Positions 20,173 through 30,332 of a stretch of DNA of 64,000 nucleotides are shown piece by piece. A model generated the notes under the pieces. It was not told the origin of the DNA, ran no database searches, and worked only from the letters and a program-made list of their open reading frames with translations. Source of the stretch: an uncultured Methanosarcinales archaeon (lineage in GTDB: Archaea; Nanobdellota; Nanobdellia; Woesearchaeales; ARS49). The stretch's first letter is position 1. Each line of letters begins with the position of its first letter. Location of the stretch: assembly GCA_964353335.1 (NCBI GenBank), contig CAYGVI010000003.1, positions 419,694 through 483,693 of the forward strand. Reading direction: 5' to 3'. Made by a program: the position numbers and the translations under genes.

Positions 20173-20238
20173 TTATTTCTTGCCTTCAAAGAACTTCTTA
20201 ACACGCTCATTTTTAATAGTGCATGGTTCCTTCCTCAA

Positions 20239-20670
20239 ATGTCTAAAGTGTTAAATATTACGAAACCTTTCGGGGGTATTGTGAGTCAAACCCTGAAATA
20301 TAATACACAACGAAATGTTGCGCTGGAAGAACGTCTGGGCAATATAGTTAACGATGCAATCAATGGAAAAATTGATTGCAACGAGCTTTACGAACGTTCT
20401 GAAGGCCTAAAGTATGAATTTCTTGAGCAGGATCCCGCAGGCTATGACGCACCTCTTGCGCACATCCTTTTGAAAGAATCGCTTGGCGATCTGCATCTTT
20501 TGCATGATCCTGATACGGGTTTACCGCTTGAAAGTCTTAGAAACTCATTGTTAGGAAATAGATCATGTGTTTTTGTGCGGGAGTGTGAAAATAAGACATT
20601 TGAAATCACATATCACCCATATCGTGACCCTAAATATCGTGCGAATCCAGTCAGTATTAAAGAACTTTAA
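20239..20670 (+). CDS. Hypothetical protein
   Basis: 143-aa ATG ORF, more AT-rich than neighbours. Confidence 0.55.
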   Translation: MSKVLNITKPFGGIVSQTLKYNTQRNVALEERLGNIVNDAINGKIDCNELYERSEGLKYEFLEQDPAGYDAPLAHILLKESLGDLHLLHDPDTGLPLESLRNSLLGNRSCVFVRECENKTFEITYHPYRDPKYRANPVSIKEL

Positions 20671-20990
20671 TGATTCTCTTTCCTCCCCTCAAAGAACTTC
20701 TTCACTCGCTCGTTTCCAACAGGCTTTGCATTTGGTCCAAGGGCATAATACTTCTTCTCAACAACAGAGCCCCAGGAATATTCGCCGTGCTCCTCTTTTA
20801 TCTCCTTGACGACAAACTCGCCTATTGCAGTTCCCTTGCGCAGGTGATAATATACATTTTCGCGCGTGCACTGCGGGAAAATCGCATTGTAAATCTTGGC
20901 AAGCTCATAACCATACGCAGAGCCCTTTACCGCGAGAATTTCAACCATACCTTGCCGAATCTCTGACTTTATAGGTCTTCCTCTTGGCAT
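20667..20990 (-). CDS. PadR-like winged-helix DNA-binding protein
   Basis: AYGYEL, VYYHL.K, KYYALG. Confidence 0.7.
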   Translation of the reverse strand: MPRGRPIKSEIRQGMVEILAVKGSAYGYELAKIYNAIFPQCTRENVYYHLRKGTAIGEFVVKEIKEEHGEYSWGSVVEKKYYALGPNAKPVGNERVKKFFEGRKENH

Positions 20991-21074
20991 AGTTCTGTTT
21001 CCGCCCATTAAGTATTAATATTTTTCCATATTGTAAATGTGAAGCTTTTTATTGACCTTGCCAGTTGCGTTTTT

Positions 21075-21851
21075 GTGAGCAAAACCAACTCTTCGGAAGA
21101 CACTGTGTTCTTAATCAGTCCTGTTCGTGATTCACAATATCCTGATGAAGTCTTTCTGATGTATTATGTGGCGCAGCTTGAGGCTCAGGGCAAAAAAGTG
21201 CATTATCCGCTCTGGGACACAAAACAGGGCGATCCTATCGGGATGAAAATATGCGAGCAGAACAGGGATGTAATAAGAAATGCAAGCGAGGTCCATTTGT
21301 ACTGGACCCCTGGCAGCGACGGAAGCAAGTTTGACCTGGGGATGGTTTTTATGGCAAGAACGCCTTTGAAAATAATCAATAAGGAAGCTGTTAAAACAAC
21401 ACCCTATCCAAGCCTTGCAAACTTTGTGCTTGCGCTTGACAGTCTTTCTGGTGTGCAGCCAAACCCTGTTGCCAGAAAATGGCCTGATGAGCACATGGCT
21501 TACATTCTTTGCCCTGAATGGAAGGATTTTCTTAACAGGGATTTTATTGAGGATTACGTGCATGCTCTTGAGTCCTTTGGCACTCATGTGTATTATCCGC
21601 CAAGAGAAGATGCAATTGACGACGTAACCTGCATTGCGGCATATAGCGCGCGCAGGGCTGCAATGGAAAAATCAAAGGATGTTCATGTTTTGTGGACAGG
21701 CAATAATAATGACAACAAGTTTGACCTTGGAATGGCATTCATGGCAGAAAAGCCAGTCTGCCTGACACGCAGTATTCCTGCAACAGACGGCAAAAAGAGT
21801 TTTAACAATGTGCTTCGCGCACTTGACGCAAAATACAAGGCAAACAGTTAA
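21075..21851 (+). CDS. Tandem nucleoside 2-deoxyribosyltransferase-like domain protein
   Basis: Two internal repeats: FL/YI.xP...YV..LE..G..V.YP...VH..W.....KFDLGM.FMA..P. Confidence 0.6.
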   Translation: MSKTNSSEDTVFLISPVRDSQYPDEVFLMYYVAQLEAQGKKVHYPLWDTKQGDPIGMKICEQNRDVIRNASEVHLYWTPGSDGSKFDLGMVFMARTPLKIINKEAVKTTPYPSLANFVLALDSLSGVQPNPVARKWPDEHMAYILCPEWKDFLNRDFIEDYVHALESFGTHVYYPPREDAIDDVTCIAAYSARRAAMEKSKDVHVLWTGNNNDNKFDLGMAFMAEKPVCLTRSIPATDGKKSFNNVLRALDAKYKANS

Positions 21852-21882
21852 ATTTATAATCCCCCCTTCTTAACTTACCGCT

Positions 21883-22407
21883 ATGGCAAACTGGCTAAAA
21901 CTCTTGTATGTATTGGTTATCGCACTGCTCTATGTCCCGATGGTATTCCTTGGGGCTAATGTATTCTTCCCGAAGTTCACGGGAACAGAATCATACTGGC
22001 GCGGCGCAGAGGAGTGCTATGCACAATATGCTCCGAACGCTCAGATGACTGCAGAAGAACAGAAAGTAATGACAGCAGAACAGCAGGCAAAGACAAACGA
22101 GTGCCTTGCAAAGCAGCGCGTTGCAGAACAGGCATGGAACGAGGAGCGCAATGTTTACAATGGATGGAAATATTCGCTGATAACTGGCTTCAACCTTGTG
22201 ATTTTGGTTCTCGCGATACTGCTTCCGCTTACTGACGCAGTGCTTATGGGAGTCTTCATCGGTACGGTAATCACTGCATTTGCTGGAACTGTCAGCTACT
22301 GGGATTATGCAAGGACAAAGCTCGGCTTTGCGCTGATGCTGGTAACATTCTTTGTCGTGATATGGATAGTTAACAAGCAGGCAAAGAAGCTTCTCAAGAA
22401 GAAATGA
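21883..22407 (+). CDS. Membrane protein
   Basis: About four TM segments. Confidence 0.65.
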   Translation: MANWLKLLYVLVIALLYVPMVFLGANVFFPKFTGTESYWRGAEECYAQYAPNAQMTAEEQKVMTAEQQAKTNECLAKQRVAEQAWNEERNVYNGWKYSLITGFNLVILVLAILLPLTDAVLMGVFIGTVITAFAGTVSYWDYARTKLGFALMLVTFFVVIWIVNKQAKKLLKKK

Positions 22408-23348
22408 AAGTTTTCTTCCAACTGTACAAGCGCTACGCAGATATTGCCTCAGCTGAAGCCTTGGAAGTTGCCAAGGGAAGGAAAATCGGGCTTTATGGCA
22501 ATGAAATTCTTGTTGCAGATGCCAAATCCGCTGATTTTCACCGCCTTGGGCTCTCGCATTCTGCTTATGAGTTTCTTTTTGCCTGCAACCGCTCTCAACT
22601 GGGCAGAAAAATCTCAGGATTCAACTGGCAGAAGCATTACAGGAAGAACTTCAAGGTCACCTGCCACCATGTTGACTCCTGCATTGAGCGCGCAATAGCC
22701 AAGCAGGTTGCGGAAAAAATCAAAAACTCAAAGGCAGAGATGAAAAAACCTGTTTCCTGGTTTAATTTCTTCTTTATTGACGGCAAAGTGATTGCAGGAA
22801 AGCTCTTGTGGCAGAACACAGAGGACTTTGAAAGCAGGAAAGTGCACCGCTGGCCAGCCCCGCACCCGACAGGAACACACCCGCAGCTGGCCAGGGCAAT
22901 GGTAAACCTCACAGGAATCACAAAAGGAGAGCTTGTTGACCCGTTTTGCGGAGCAGGAGGAACCTTAATCGAAGCAGGCTTGATGGGATTAACTCCAGTT
23001 GGCTATGACATTGAGCCTGAATTATTGTCAAAAGCAGTCAAAAACCTTGAGGGCTACGGAATAAAGCGCTACAAACTGCAAAAAAAGAACGCATTGACCA
23101 TCAGCAAAGCAAAATATCTTGTCGCAGACCTTCCATATGGCAGGAATACGCCGAGAAAAGGCTTGGAATTGCTTTATGCTAAGTTCCTTGCAAGGCTGAA
23201 GCAGGTCCTGACAGGCAAAGCAGTCCTTGGCTTCCCTGACACAATCAATTACAAACCATTAATCAGGAAAGCAAAGCTGAAAATCCTCAATGAATTCTCG
23301 TGGGAAATAAACAGAAACCTGAACAAGAAGATAGTTGTTGTCGAGTGA
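22404..23348 (+). CDS. Trm11/TrmG10-like tRNA guanine-N2 methyltransferase
   Basis: LARAMVNL, DPFCGAGG, GYDI, DLPYG; THUMP-like N-terminus. Confidence 0.8.
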   Translation: MKVFFQLYKRYADIASAEALEVAKGRKIGLYGNEILVADAKSADFHRLGLSHSAYEFLFACNRSQLGRKISGFNWQKHYRKNFKVTCHHVDSCIERAIAKQVAEKIKNSKAEMKKPVSWFNFFFIDGKVIAGKLLWQNTEDFESRKVHRWPAPHPTGTHPQLARAMVNLTGITKGELVDPFCGAGGTLIEAGLMGLTPVGYDIEPELLSKAVKNLEGYGIKRYKLQKKNALTISKAKYLVADLPYGRNTPRKGLELLYAKFLARLKQVLTGKAVLGFPDTINYKPLIRKAKLKILNEFSWEINRNLNKKIVVVE

Positions 23349-23385
23349 TTTCTTCCATAAGTTTTAAATACAGAACATATCTAGC

Positions 23386-23802
23386 ATGCGTATGCAAGCA
23401 GACGGCATTAGTCGAAGCAAGTATTTCTGGGTTTCGTCATTTATTCTTCCGTTGATTGTTACAATTTATTATGCGATTAGTTTTGCAAGCTCACACTACA
23501 CGCCTTGGTATCAGATACTTATTTTGTTACTCGTGGTCTGCACTTTTATAGAATTTAAAATAATACAAGAAGAAACTTGGGGCAAATCAGTAGTGTCATT
23601 GCTTTTATTCGGGTTGGCAAATGTTCTGGCAAGTTTTGTTATGTTTTCTGTAATGCTTGTTATTATGAACCAAATCTATCCAACTTTTGGCGGTGATATG
23701 GCAGGTTATGGAATTATTTTAATACCTATTTTATTTGCTGCATCGACAATCATATCTGGAATATTTGCTCTTATTGCAAAAGCAGTTGCAGGGAAGCGCT
23801 AA
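23386..23802 (+). CDS. Four-TM membrane protein
   Basis: Hydrophobic 138-aa ORF, AT-rich. Confidence 0.55.
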   Translation: MRMQADGISRSKYFWVSSFILPLIVTIYYAISFASSHYTPWYQILILLLVVCTFIEFKIIQEETWGKSVVSLLLFGLANVLASFVMFSVMLVIMNQIYPTFGGDMAGYGIILIPILFAASTIISGIFALIAKAVAGKR

Positions 23803-23813
23803 ATAATTGACAA

Positions 23814-26225
23814 TCAGCGCCTGAGCTTCTTTTCCATTTCAGCAATCTTCAAAGTCGTCTTGACAACTGCGTCTGGGCTGAGAGAAATTGAGTCAATTCC
23901 GCACTTCACAAGGAACTGCGCAAAGTCAGAGTGTGTTGACGGCGCGTCTCCGCAGATTCCAATCTTCCTGTGGCAGGATTTTACTGTCTTTATTGCGTAC
24001 TCAACCATTCGCTTTACTGCCTCATTGCGTTCATCAAACAGGTCTGCGACAATCGCGCTGTCCCTATCAAGACCAAGTGTCAATTGCGTCAAGTCATTTG
24101 AGCCTATGCTGAATCCGTCAAATATCTTGCTGAACTCTTCTGCAAGTATTACATTGCTTGGAATCTCGCACATGACATAAATCTGAAGGTCATTTTTGCC
24201 CTGTTTCAATCCGTGCTTGCTCATTTCTGCGATAACATTCTTTCCTTCCTCAACTGTCCTGCAGAATGGCACCATTGCTTTCAAATTGGTCAATCCGAAT
24301 TCATCACGGACTCGTTTAAGCGCTTTGCATTCAAGTGCAAACGCCGGACTGTAGCCATCGCGGTAATACCTGCTTGCCCCGCGCCAGCCTATCATGGGGT
24401 TTTCCTCTTTCGGCTCGTAAACAGCGCCGCCAATCAGGTTTGCGTATTCATTTGTCTTGAAATCGCTCATTCTGACAATAACGTCATTGGGGTAGAACGC
24501 TGCTGCAATCATTCCGATTCCCTGCGCCAATTTGTCAACGAAAAAGTCAGCCTTGTTTGCATAGCCGTAAGTCAATTGCTCAATCTTTCTTTTGACATCA
24601 GAATCAGTTATGTTTTTGAAATTCAGCAAAGCCATCGGGTGTATCCTGATGAATTCGTTAATCACAAACTCCATTCTTGCAAGCCCGACTCCCTGATTCG
24701 GGATAAAGCTCAGCTCAAACGCCTCGTCAGGGTTGCCCACATTCATCATAATCTTGGTTTTTGTCTTTGGCATCTGCTTCAGGTCAAGCCTCTGCACCTC
24801 AAACTTGAGAATGCCCTCATAGACCCTGCCTTCCTCGCCTTCTGCGCAGCTTACAGTGACCTTCTGCCCGCTCCTTATCTTGTCAGTTCCGTTAAGAGTC
24901 CCAACGACACAGGGAATTCCCATTTCGCGCGAAACAATTGCCGCGTGGCAGGTGCGGCCGCCTTTATTCGTGACAATTGCCTTTGCCATTCTCATTATCG
25001 GAACCCAGTCAGGGTCTGTCATTTCTGTGACAAGCACATCTCCTGGCTTGAAGTGTGAGATTTCCTTTACATCCTTGATTACCTGTGCGACTCCCTGTCC
25101 TATCTTGTTGCCCACGCTCTTGCCGCAAGCCAGAACTTTTCCTTTTTCCTTCAGCTTGTATTCCTCAAGAACATTCTTTGCCTTCTGGCTCTGGACTGTT
25201 TCAGGGCGCGCCTGCACAATGAAAAGCTTTCCTGACTGCCCATCCTTTGCCCACTCTATGTCCATCGGAGTCCACTTGCCTTTTTTCTGCGAATAGTGCT
25301 CCTCAATTATTACCCCCCACTTTGCCAGCTGCAATGCCTCGTCATCTGTAATGCAGAACTTTTTCCTGTCTTCATCAGGGGTTGGAATGTTTTTTGTCGG
25401 ACGGGGGCCTTCATTTGCATAAATCATCTTTATTGCCTTTTCGCCGATTATTTTCTGTATGAGTGGTTTGTATCCTTCTTTCAAAGTCGGCTTGAAAACG
25501 TAGAATTCGTCAGGGTTGACTGCTCCCTGCACTACATTCTCGCCAAGCCCATAGCTTCCTGTCACAAAGCAGACATGCGGGAATCCTGTCTCTGTGTCTA
25601 GTGTGAACATCACTCCTGAGCTTGCCAGGTCAGACCTCGCCATCTTCTGGACGCCTATGCTCAGGTAGACCTTGAAGTGGTCAAAGCCTTTTTCTGCCCT
25701 GTATGCAATCGCCCTGTTTGTGAACAATGATGCAAAGCAGTTCCTGCAGGCGTCAAGCAGTGCGTGCTCGCCGACTATGTTAAGATAAGTCTCCTGCTGG
25801 CCTGCGAAGCTTGCTTCAGGCAGGTCTTCTGCTGTTGCAGAGCTCCTGACAGCAACATCAACCTCATTAGAGCGGTATTCCTTGCTCAAAAGCGTGTATG
25901 CCCTGAATATTGCATCCCTGAGGTCGTCTGGGAACTCTGCCCTGCGTACCAGCTCGCGGATTTTCCTTCCCCTTTCCGAAAGCTGTCTCATGTTTTTCAC
26001 GTCAAGACCTTCGAGAAGGGCCTTCATCTCTTTCTCAATTCCTGATTGCTTCAAAAGATGCTTGTAAGCGTGAGCAGTGATTGCAAATCCGTTTGGAATC
26101 CTTACCCCTTTTCTTGTTAGCTCCCTGTACATCTCTCCAAGGGATGCATTCTTTCCGCCAACCAGCGGCACATCCTCTATCCTTAAGTCCTTGAACCAGA
26201 GAATGAAATCAGTTTCGCGTGTCAT
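23814..26225 (-). CDS. ppsA: Phosphoenolpyruvate synthase
   Basis: VGGKNASLGE, VRSSATAEDLP, GGRTCHAAI, FSIGSNDLTQ. Confidence 0.97.
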   Translation of the reverse strand: MTRETDFILWFKDLRIEDVPLVGGKNASLGEMYRELTRKGVRIPNGFAITAHAYKHLLKQSGIEKEMKALLEGLDVKNMRQLSERGRKIRELVRRAEFPDDLRDAIFRAYTLLSKEYRSNEVDVAVRSSATAEDLPEASFAGQQETYLNIVGEHALLDACRNCFASLFTNRAIAYRAEKGFDHFKVYLSIGVQKMARSDLASSGVMFTLDTETGFPHVCFVTGSYGLGENVVQGAVNPDEFYVFKPTLKEGYKPLIQKIIGEKAIKMIYANEGPRPTKNIPTPDEDRKKFCITDDEALQLAKWGVIIEEHYSQKKGKWTPMDIEWAKDGQSGKLFIVQARPETVQSQKAKNVLEEYKLKEKGKVLACGKSVGNKIGQGVAQVIKDVKEISHFKPGDVLVTEMTDPDWVPIMRMAKAIVTNKGGRTCHAAIVSREMGIPCVVGTLNGTDKIRSGQKVTVSCAEGEEGRVYEGILKFEVQRLDLKQMPKTKTKIMMNVGNPDEAFELSFIPNQGVGLARMEFVINEFIRIHPMALLNFKNITDSDVKRKIEQLTYGYANKADFFVDKLAQGIGMIAAAFYPNDVIVRMSDFKTNEYANLIGGAVYEPKEENPMIGWRGASRYYRDGYSPAFALECKALKRVRDEFGLTNLKAMVPFCRTVEEGKNVIAEMSKHGLKQGKNDLQIYVMCEIPSNVILAEEFSKIFDGFSIGSNDLTQLTLGLDRDSAIVADLFDERNEAVKRMVEYAIKTVKSCHRKIGICGDAPSTHSDFAQFLVKCGIDSISLSPDAVVKTTLKIAEMEKKLRR

Positions 26226-26272
26226 TGTCAACCTTTTTTTAAATAAAAATAAAAAAAGAAAATAAAATTTTC

Positions 26273-26593
26273 TTAGTCCTCTGCCAGGTCCCAGATAGCC
26301 CTGAGTGCGACAAGCAGTGCTGCTGGCGCGACAAAGGCAATCATGTTGGTCAGGATTGTTCCGAGTGTCCTTCCCAATGGGGGAAGCCCGCCCATGCCTG
26401 AGACAACCAGGATTGCGATGCAGGCGACAAGGAATTCCTGTGCCTCACGTGCCCTGATGTTCAGGAACCCAACCACTAGGCCGAGAATGACGAGCACCCA
26501 TGCAACCTGTGCTGCTGGCAAGCTCGGTATAAGTCCGGCCACAACGGCGATGAGTACGCCAATCAAGAATGCCCATGTTCCTATCTTTTCCAT
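26273..26593 (-). CDS. Small four-TM membrane protein
   Basis: G.WAFLIG...LGLVVGFLNI...FVAPAA. Confidence 0.7.
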   Translation of the reverse strand: MEKIGTWAFLIGVLIAVVAGLIPSLPAAQVAWVLVILGLVVGFLNIRAREAQEFLVACIAILVVSGMGGLPPLGRTLGTILTNMIAFVAPAALLVALRAIWDLAED

Positions 26594-26669
26594 TTTATCC
26601 CTCCATATATTGATTTAAGCAAAATAGGCGGCAGAGTGTATAAAATTATTAGTAACCACTACAGAATAG

Positions 26670-27311
26670 TCAAGCTTTGTACTTCTTCTTGTGCCAGCGG
26701 TGGCTTATTAATTCCCATACCAGCGGGACAAAAGAAATGATTATTATTGCGAGGATGACAAGTGAAAAATTCTCCTTCACATAGTTGATTGCTCCGAACC
26801 AGTAGCCCGCAAGCACAAACAGCAGCGTCCATGCAATTCCGCCAACCACGTTGTAAACCAAGAATTTTGGATATGGCATCTTTCCAATGCCTGCCACAAA
26901 AGGCGCAAATGTCCTGATAATCGGAATAAAGCGCGCGAGCACTATTGTCTTTGCGCCGTATTTCTCATAGAAAAGGTGTGTGCGTTCCAGGTATTCCTTT
27001 CTGAAGAACAATCCTTTCTTCTGCCTGAACACCTTTGGGCCGAGAATGCTGCCAACCCAGTAATTTACAGTGTCGCCGAGTATTGCCGCGATTGCAATCA
27101 ATGCAATCAGGAGTCCGATGCTGAATGAGCCCCTTGCGGCAAATGTTCCTGCGGCAAACAATAAAGAGTCTCCTGGCAAAAATGGCGTTGCAACAAACCC
27201 TGTCTCAAGGAAAACTATAATGAACAGGAGTGCGTAAGTCCATACGCCGTAATTCTGTATGATTAAGTCAAGATACTTGTCCACGTGCAGTATTATGTCA
27301 ATGATGTTCAT
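26670..27311 (-). CDS. dedA: DedA-family membrane protein
   Basis: FLETG...FLPGDSLLF, GD.VNY, ARFIPIIRTFAPFVAG. Confidence 0.93.
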   Translation of the reverse strand: MNIIDIILHVDKYLDLIIQNYGVWTYALLFIIVFLETGFVATPFLPGDSLLFAAGTFAARGSFSIGLLIALIAIAAILGDTVNYWVGSILGPKVFRQKKGLFFRKEYLERTHLFYEKYGAKTIVLARFIPIIRTFAPFVAGIGKMPYPKFLVYNVVGGIAWTLLFVLAGYWFGAINYVKENFSLVILAIIIISFVPLVWELISHRWHKKKYKA

Positions 27312-28549
27312 CCGTGCGTCTCCTGCAAAAGGATTATGCTTATTGTTATGCTGCGCTGTTTCAGGTAGCTGTCTTTTGCCGCTGCATTAACAGCTGCTTC
27401 CGGAGTGCGCCACTCCCGTTTTACCTCTGCCATCACCCTGTGGTCTGAAACAAAAGTCTTCTTGTGCACTTTTTTGAATTTTGCAACAGCTTCCTTGAGC
27501 TCAAGCGGAGGTCCGGGGTGTATCATCACCGCAGGCAGTTTGCTTTCCTTGACAACATACCATAACTCTGCCTCTGGCCCCTTGTTCCAGCGCCAGCCTG
27601 CTATCTTTATTTCAAAGTCCTCAAGGTATCTCTTGATGTATTCAAACACGTGCAAAAGCCTTGTTCCGACAACATCTTCCTTACCTTTTGGCACTTTTGC
27701 GCAGACATGCACAAGGTGCCCGAGCTTTGCGAGCTTTCCAAGGTCAACCTCTGTTTCGACAAATGCCTCTTTTGACTGCTTTTTCAAAAACTTCTGCGCT
27801 GCTTTTACAAGCCCGTCATATTTTTCCTGGCTCAGGGCTGCTGCAGAGTTTCTTTCCTTTTGAACAGGGTCAATTATTATCAACGGCCCCTGAATCTTGC
27901 TGCGGTTAAGGACAAACAATGCTTTTTTGTCAAAATGATGGTAGTAATCAACAATTGTCTTAGGCTTCCATTGCGATGCTGCCTTCAGCAATGGCAAAAA
28001 TCCCTTGTAGTACCCGACAAGTATGTCAACAACGTGGCCTGAGAATCCGCGGATGTAGCTTTCTGCGCCGTAAACCCCCTGCGCCTTGCAGAATTTCTTG
28101 AAAAGCCTGATGTCATCCTTGTATTTTTTGCAGTTTTTGTTGACCCACTGCACGTGCAGCGGCGAAAAATCAGTCACGTTTTCTGCGTCGCTGCCTTTTT
28201 TGATTGCGAGCACAGGGATTATCTCAAACCTGAACCTTTTTTCGTGCACCCAGAAATAATCCCTTGAGCCGTGCACCCTTTCTGTCTTCCAGGGCTTCAA
28301 TGCCTTTGTAAGCAGGTTGCTCAGGTTCTCTTTCCTGTGCTTCAGCGAGAACCGCACGAAAACATCAACATCATAGTCGCCCTTGAGCCAGGTGTCCTTT
28401 GCATAGCTTCCGCCAAGAACCGCCTCTGCAGAGCACTTGTTCTTTTTCAATGACCTGTTGAGTTGTGAAATGAAAGTGTCAACTAATTGAAATGTAGCTG
28501 CGCGCTCTTCCCTGCACGGCGTGATGCCATTCAGGACTTCCTTTAGCAT
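27308..28549 (-). CDS. cca: CCA-adding enzyme, archaeal class I
   Basis: GGSYAKDTWL..DYDVDVF, YGAE..GFSG, DPVQ..RN, H.GPP. Confidence 0.93.
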   Translation of the reverse strand: MLKEVLNGITPCREERAATFQLVDTFISQLNRSLKKNKCSAEAVLGGSYAKDTWLKGDYDVDVFVRFSLKHRKENLSNLLTKALKPWKTERVHGSRDYFWVHEKRFRFEIIPVLAIKKGSDAENVTDFSPLHVQWVNKNCKKYKDDIRLFKKFCKAQGVYGAESYIRGFSGHVVDILVGYYKGFLPLLKAASQWKPKTIVDYYHHFDKKALFVLNRSKIQGPLIIIDPVQKERNSAAALSQEKYDGLVKAAQKFLKKQSKEAFVETEVDLGKLAKLGHLVHVCAKVPKGKEDVVGTRLLHVFEYIKRYLEDFEIKIAGWRWNKGPEAELWYVVKESKLPAVMIHPGPPLELKEAVAKFKKVHKKTFVSDHRVMAEVKREWRTPEAAVNAAAKDSYLKQRSITISIILLQETHG

Positions 28550-28647
28550 TTGTTTTTCATTAGCCACGCTTTGCCAAACGCAAAGGGTGGTATAAAAAGC
28601 TACTTGTTGCCGAAACGCTTTTATAAGAGAAGGCATAAGCAGGCAGT

Positions 28648-29070
28648 ATGCAAAAAAGAGGCAATATCGCGGTGTTTTTCGTAGTGCTGTTCATAGCGGT
28701 TATTGGCGTGCTTGTTATTTTCTCAGGCCCAAGCACCACAGGAATGGCATTCTGGGGTGCGCGCATGTCAAACCTTCCAGGAACCTGCGGAAGTGTCTGC
28801 CTGCATGACAGGGAATGCTCAGGCGAATGCGACAAGTGCTCGCCCTCAATGGGCAGGTGCATATCACTGAAAAAGAACTCGCCCGTCCAGCTTACAGAAA
28901 GGTATTCCTGGCGCAACATTGTGCGCTGCCAGAACAACTGCAATGACGCTTACAAGTGGTGCATGATGGCTGTGAAACGCCAGGCAGATATCACGAAATG
29001 CACTGCAAACAAGCCTTTGTGCATGAAGCAGTGTGACATCTTCCACATCCCTGGCGGAAAGACAGCATAG
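28648..29070 (+). CDS. Exported Cys-rich protein with class III-like signal peptide
   Basis: MQKRG + hydrophobic stretch + TTG; many Cys. Confidence 0.65.
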   Translation: MQKRGNIAVFFVVLFIAVIGVLVIFSGPSTTGMAFWGARMSNLPGTCGSVCLHDRECSGECDKCSPSMGRCISLKKNSPVQLTERYSWRNIVRCQNNCNDAYKWCMMAVKRQADITKCTANKPLCMKQCDIFHIPGGKTA

Positions 29071-29105
29071 GCAAGCTTTAATTACCCCTTCTCGTTAATC
29101 TTTGT

Positions 29106-29256
29106 TGTCAAGAACCACCTGCTACCGCAGGTGGTGTGGTGACTATGATGAACAATTACGCAAGGAGGAGCAAGTGGTTCTTGAGCATGCTCGGAAACCG
29201 CTGGTACTCCTCCCACAGGTTTAAGCCAGAGGTGTCCGCACAAGCGGTTTCCGACA
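29106..29256 (+). repeat. Cruciform palindromic element, copy 2 (long loops)
   Basis: TGTC-AAGAACCAC...GTGGTTCTT-GAGCATGCTC-GGAAACCGCT...AGCGGTTTCC-GACA. Confidence 0.85.
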
Positions 29257-29257
29257 T

Positions 29258-29650
29258 ATGAAAACAATTATCCTTGACACAAACTTCCTTGTAGACTGCC
29301 TTTCGTGGAAGGTTGACTTCTTCAGGGAGCTTGAGAGGATTATCCCATTCACTTACCGGCTGATGTCAGTTGACAAGACTCTTGACGAGCTTGATACCAT
29401 AATCACCAAGGGAAAGCCAGATGTCAAAATCGGTGCAAGGCTCGCAAACCAGCTCATAATGAAAAAGCGCATCGGAATAATAATTACAGACAAAAAAGGC
29501 TACACAGACACGCTTATTCTCAACGCCGCTGACAAGGACACGATTGTCGCAACACAGGACCAGGACCTGAAGCGCAAGCTGAAGGCAAAGGGAATTCCTG
29601 TTGTAATCATACGCCAGAAAAAATATCTGGAAATCATCCCCAAACCATAA
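29258..29650 (+). CDS. PIN-domain protein (Fcf1/Utp24-like)
   Basis: IILDTNFL, DEL, TD, VATQD..LK, IRQKKYL; usual position before rpoE1. Confidence 0.88.
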   Translation: MKTIILDTNFLVDCLSWKVDFFRELERIIPFTYRLMSVDKTLDELDTIITKGKPDVKIGARLANQLIMKKRIGIIITDKKGYTDTLILNAADKDTIVATQDQDLKRKLKAKGIPVVIIRQKKYLEIIPKP

Positions 29651-29740
29651 CCTTTAAAAAGCAACCTCTGTCCTCTCAGTCTATAATGAGATGCTTCGGC
29701 TTCTTTGGCTCGGGGCATTGATGCAAACCGAGGAAACAAA

Positions 29741-30328
29741 ATGTTTTACAAAATAACCGTGCAGGACCACATCAGGGTATCGCCAAGGTTCTTTGGCAAA
29801 GACCTGAAGGATGCAGTCAAGGCAGGAATCAAGCTAAAGTATGACGGCCTTATCGACCAGTCAATGGGTGTTGTTGTTGACGTCATTGATGTCAAGGAAG
29901 TCGGCGAGGGAGTCATAATCCCAGGAGACGGCGCAAGCTATTACGAGACAACTTTCGAGATACTCTCTTACAAGCCTGAACTGCAGGAAGTCGTTGTCGG
30001 CAGGATAAAGGACATCGCTGACTTCGGCGCGTTCATAACTTTGGGTCCGATTGACGGAATGATTCACATTTCGCAGACAATGGATGACTTTGTCTCATTC
30101 GCAAAGGACAAGGTCCTTACAGGAAGGGACTCAAAGAGATTCCTGAAGGTTGGAGACGTCTGCAGGGCTCGTGTCATTGCAGTGTCGTTCAAGGACCCGA
30201 ACAACCCGAAGATTGGATTGACAATGCGCCAGCTTGGAATGGGCAAGACAGACTGGGCAGCGGTTGCGGCACCGCCTGTAGCTGCAAAGGAAGAGAAAAA
30301 GGAAAAGAAGTCCAAGAAGGAGAAGTGA
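29741..30328 (+). CDS. rpoE1: RNA polymerase subunit E' (Rpo7)
   Basis: IIPGDGA, FGAF..LGPIDG.IHISQ, KIGLTMRQ. Confidence 0.95.
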   Translation: MFYKITVQDHIRVSPRFFGKDLKDAVKAGIKLKYDGLIDQSMGVVVDVIDVKEVGEGVIIPGDGASYYETTFEILSYKPELQEVVVGRIKDIADFGAFITLGPIDGMIHISQTMDDFVSFAKDKVLTGRDSKRFLKVGDVCRARVIAVSFKDPNNPKIGLTMRQLGMGKTDWAAVAAPPVAAKEEKKEKKSKKEK

Positions 30329-30332
30329 AAAC

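Noticed and set aside
24213..25058. 281-aa ORF on + and similar long antisense ORFs elsewhere (e.g. 30612-31262)
   Set aside because: They lie opposite well-supported genes (ppsA, rps24e).
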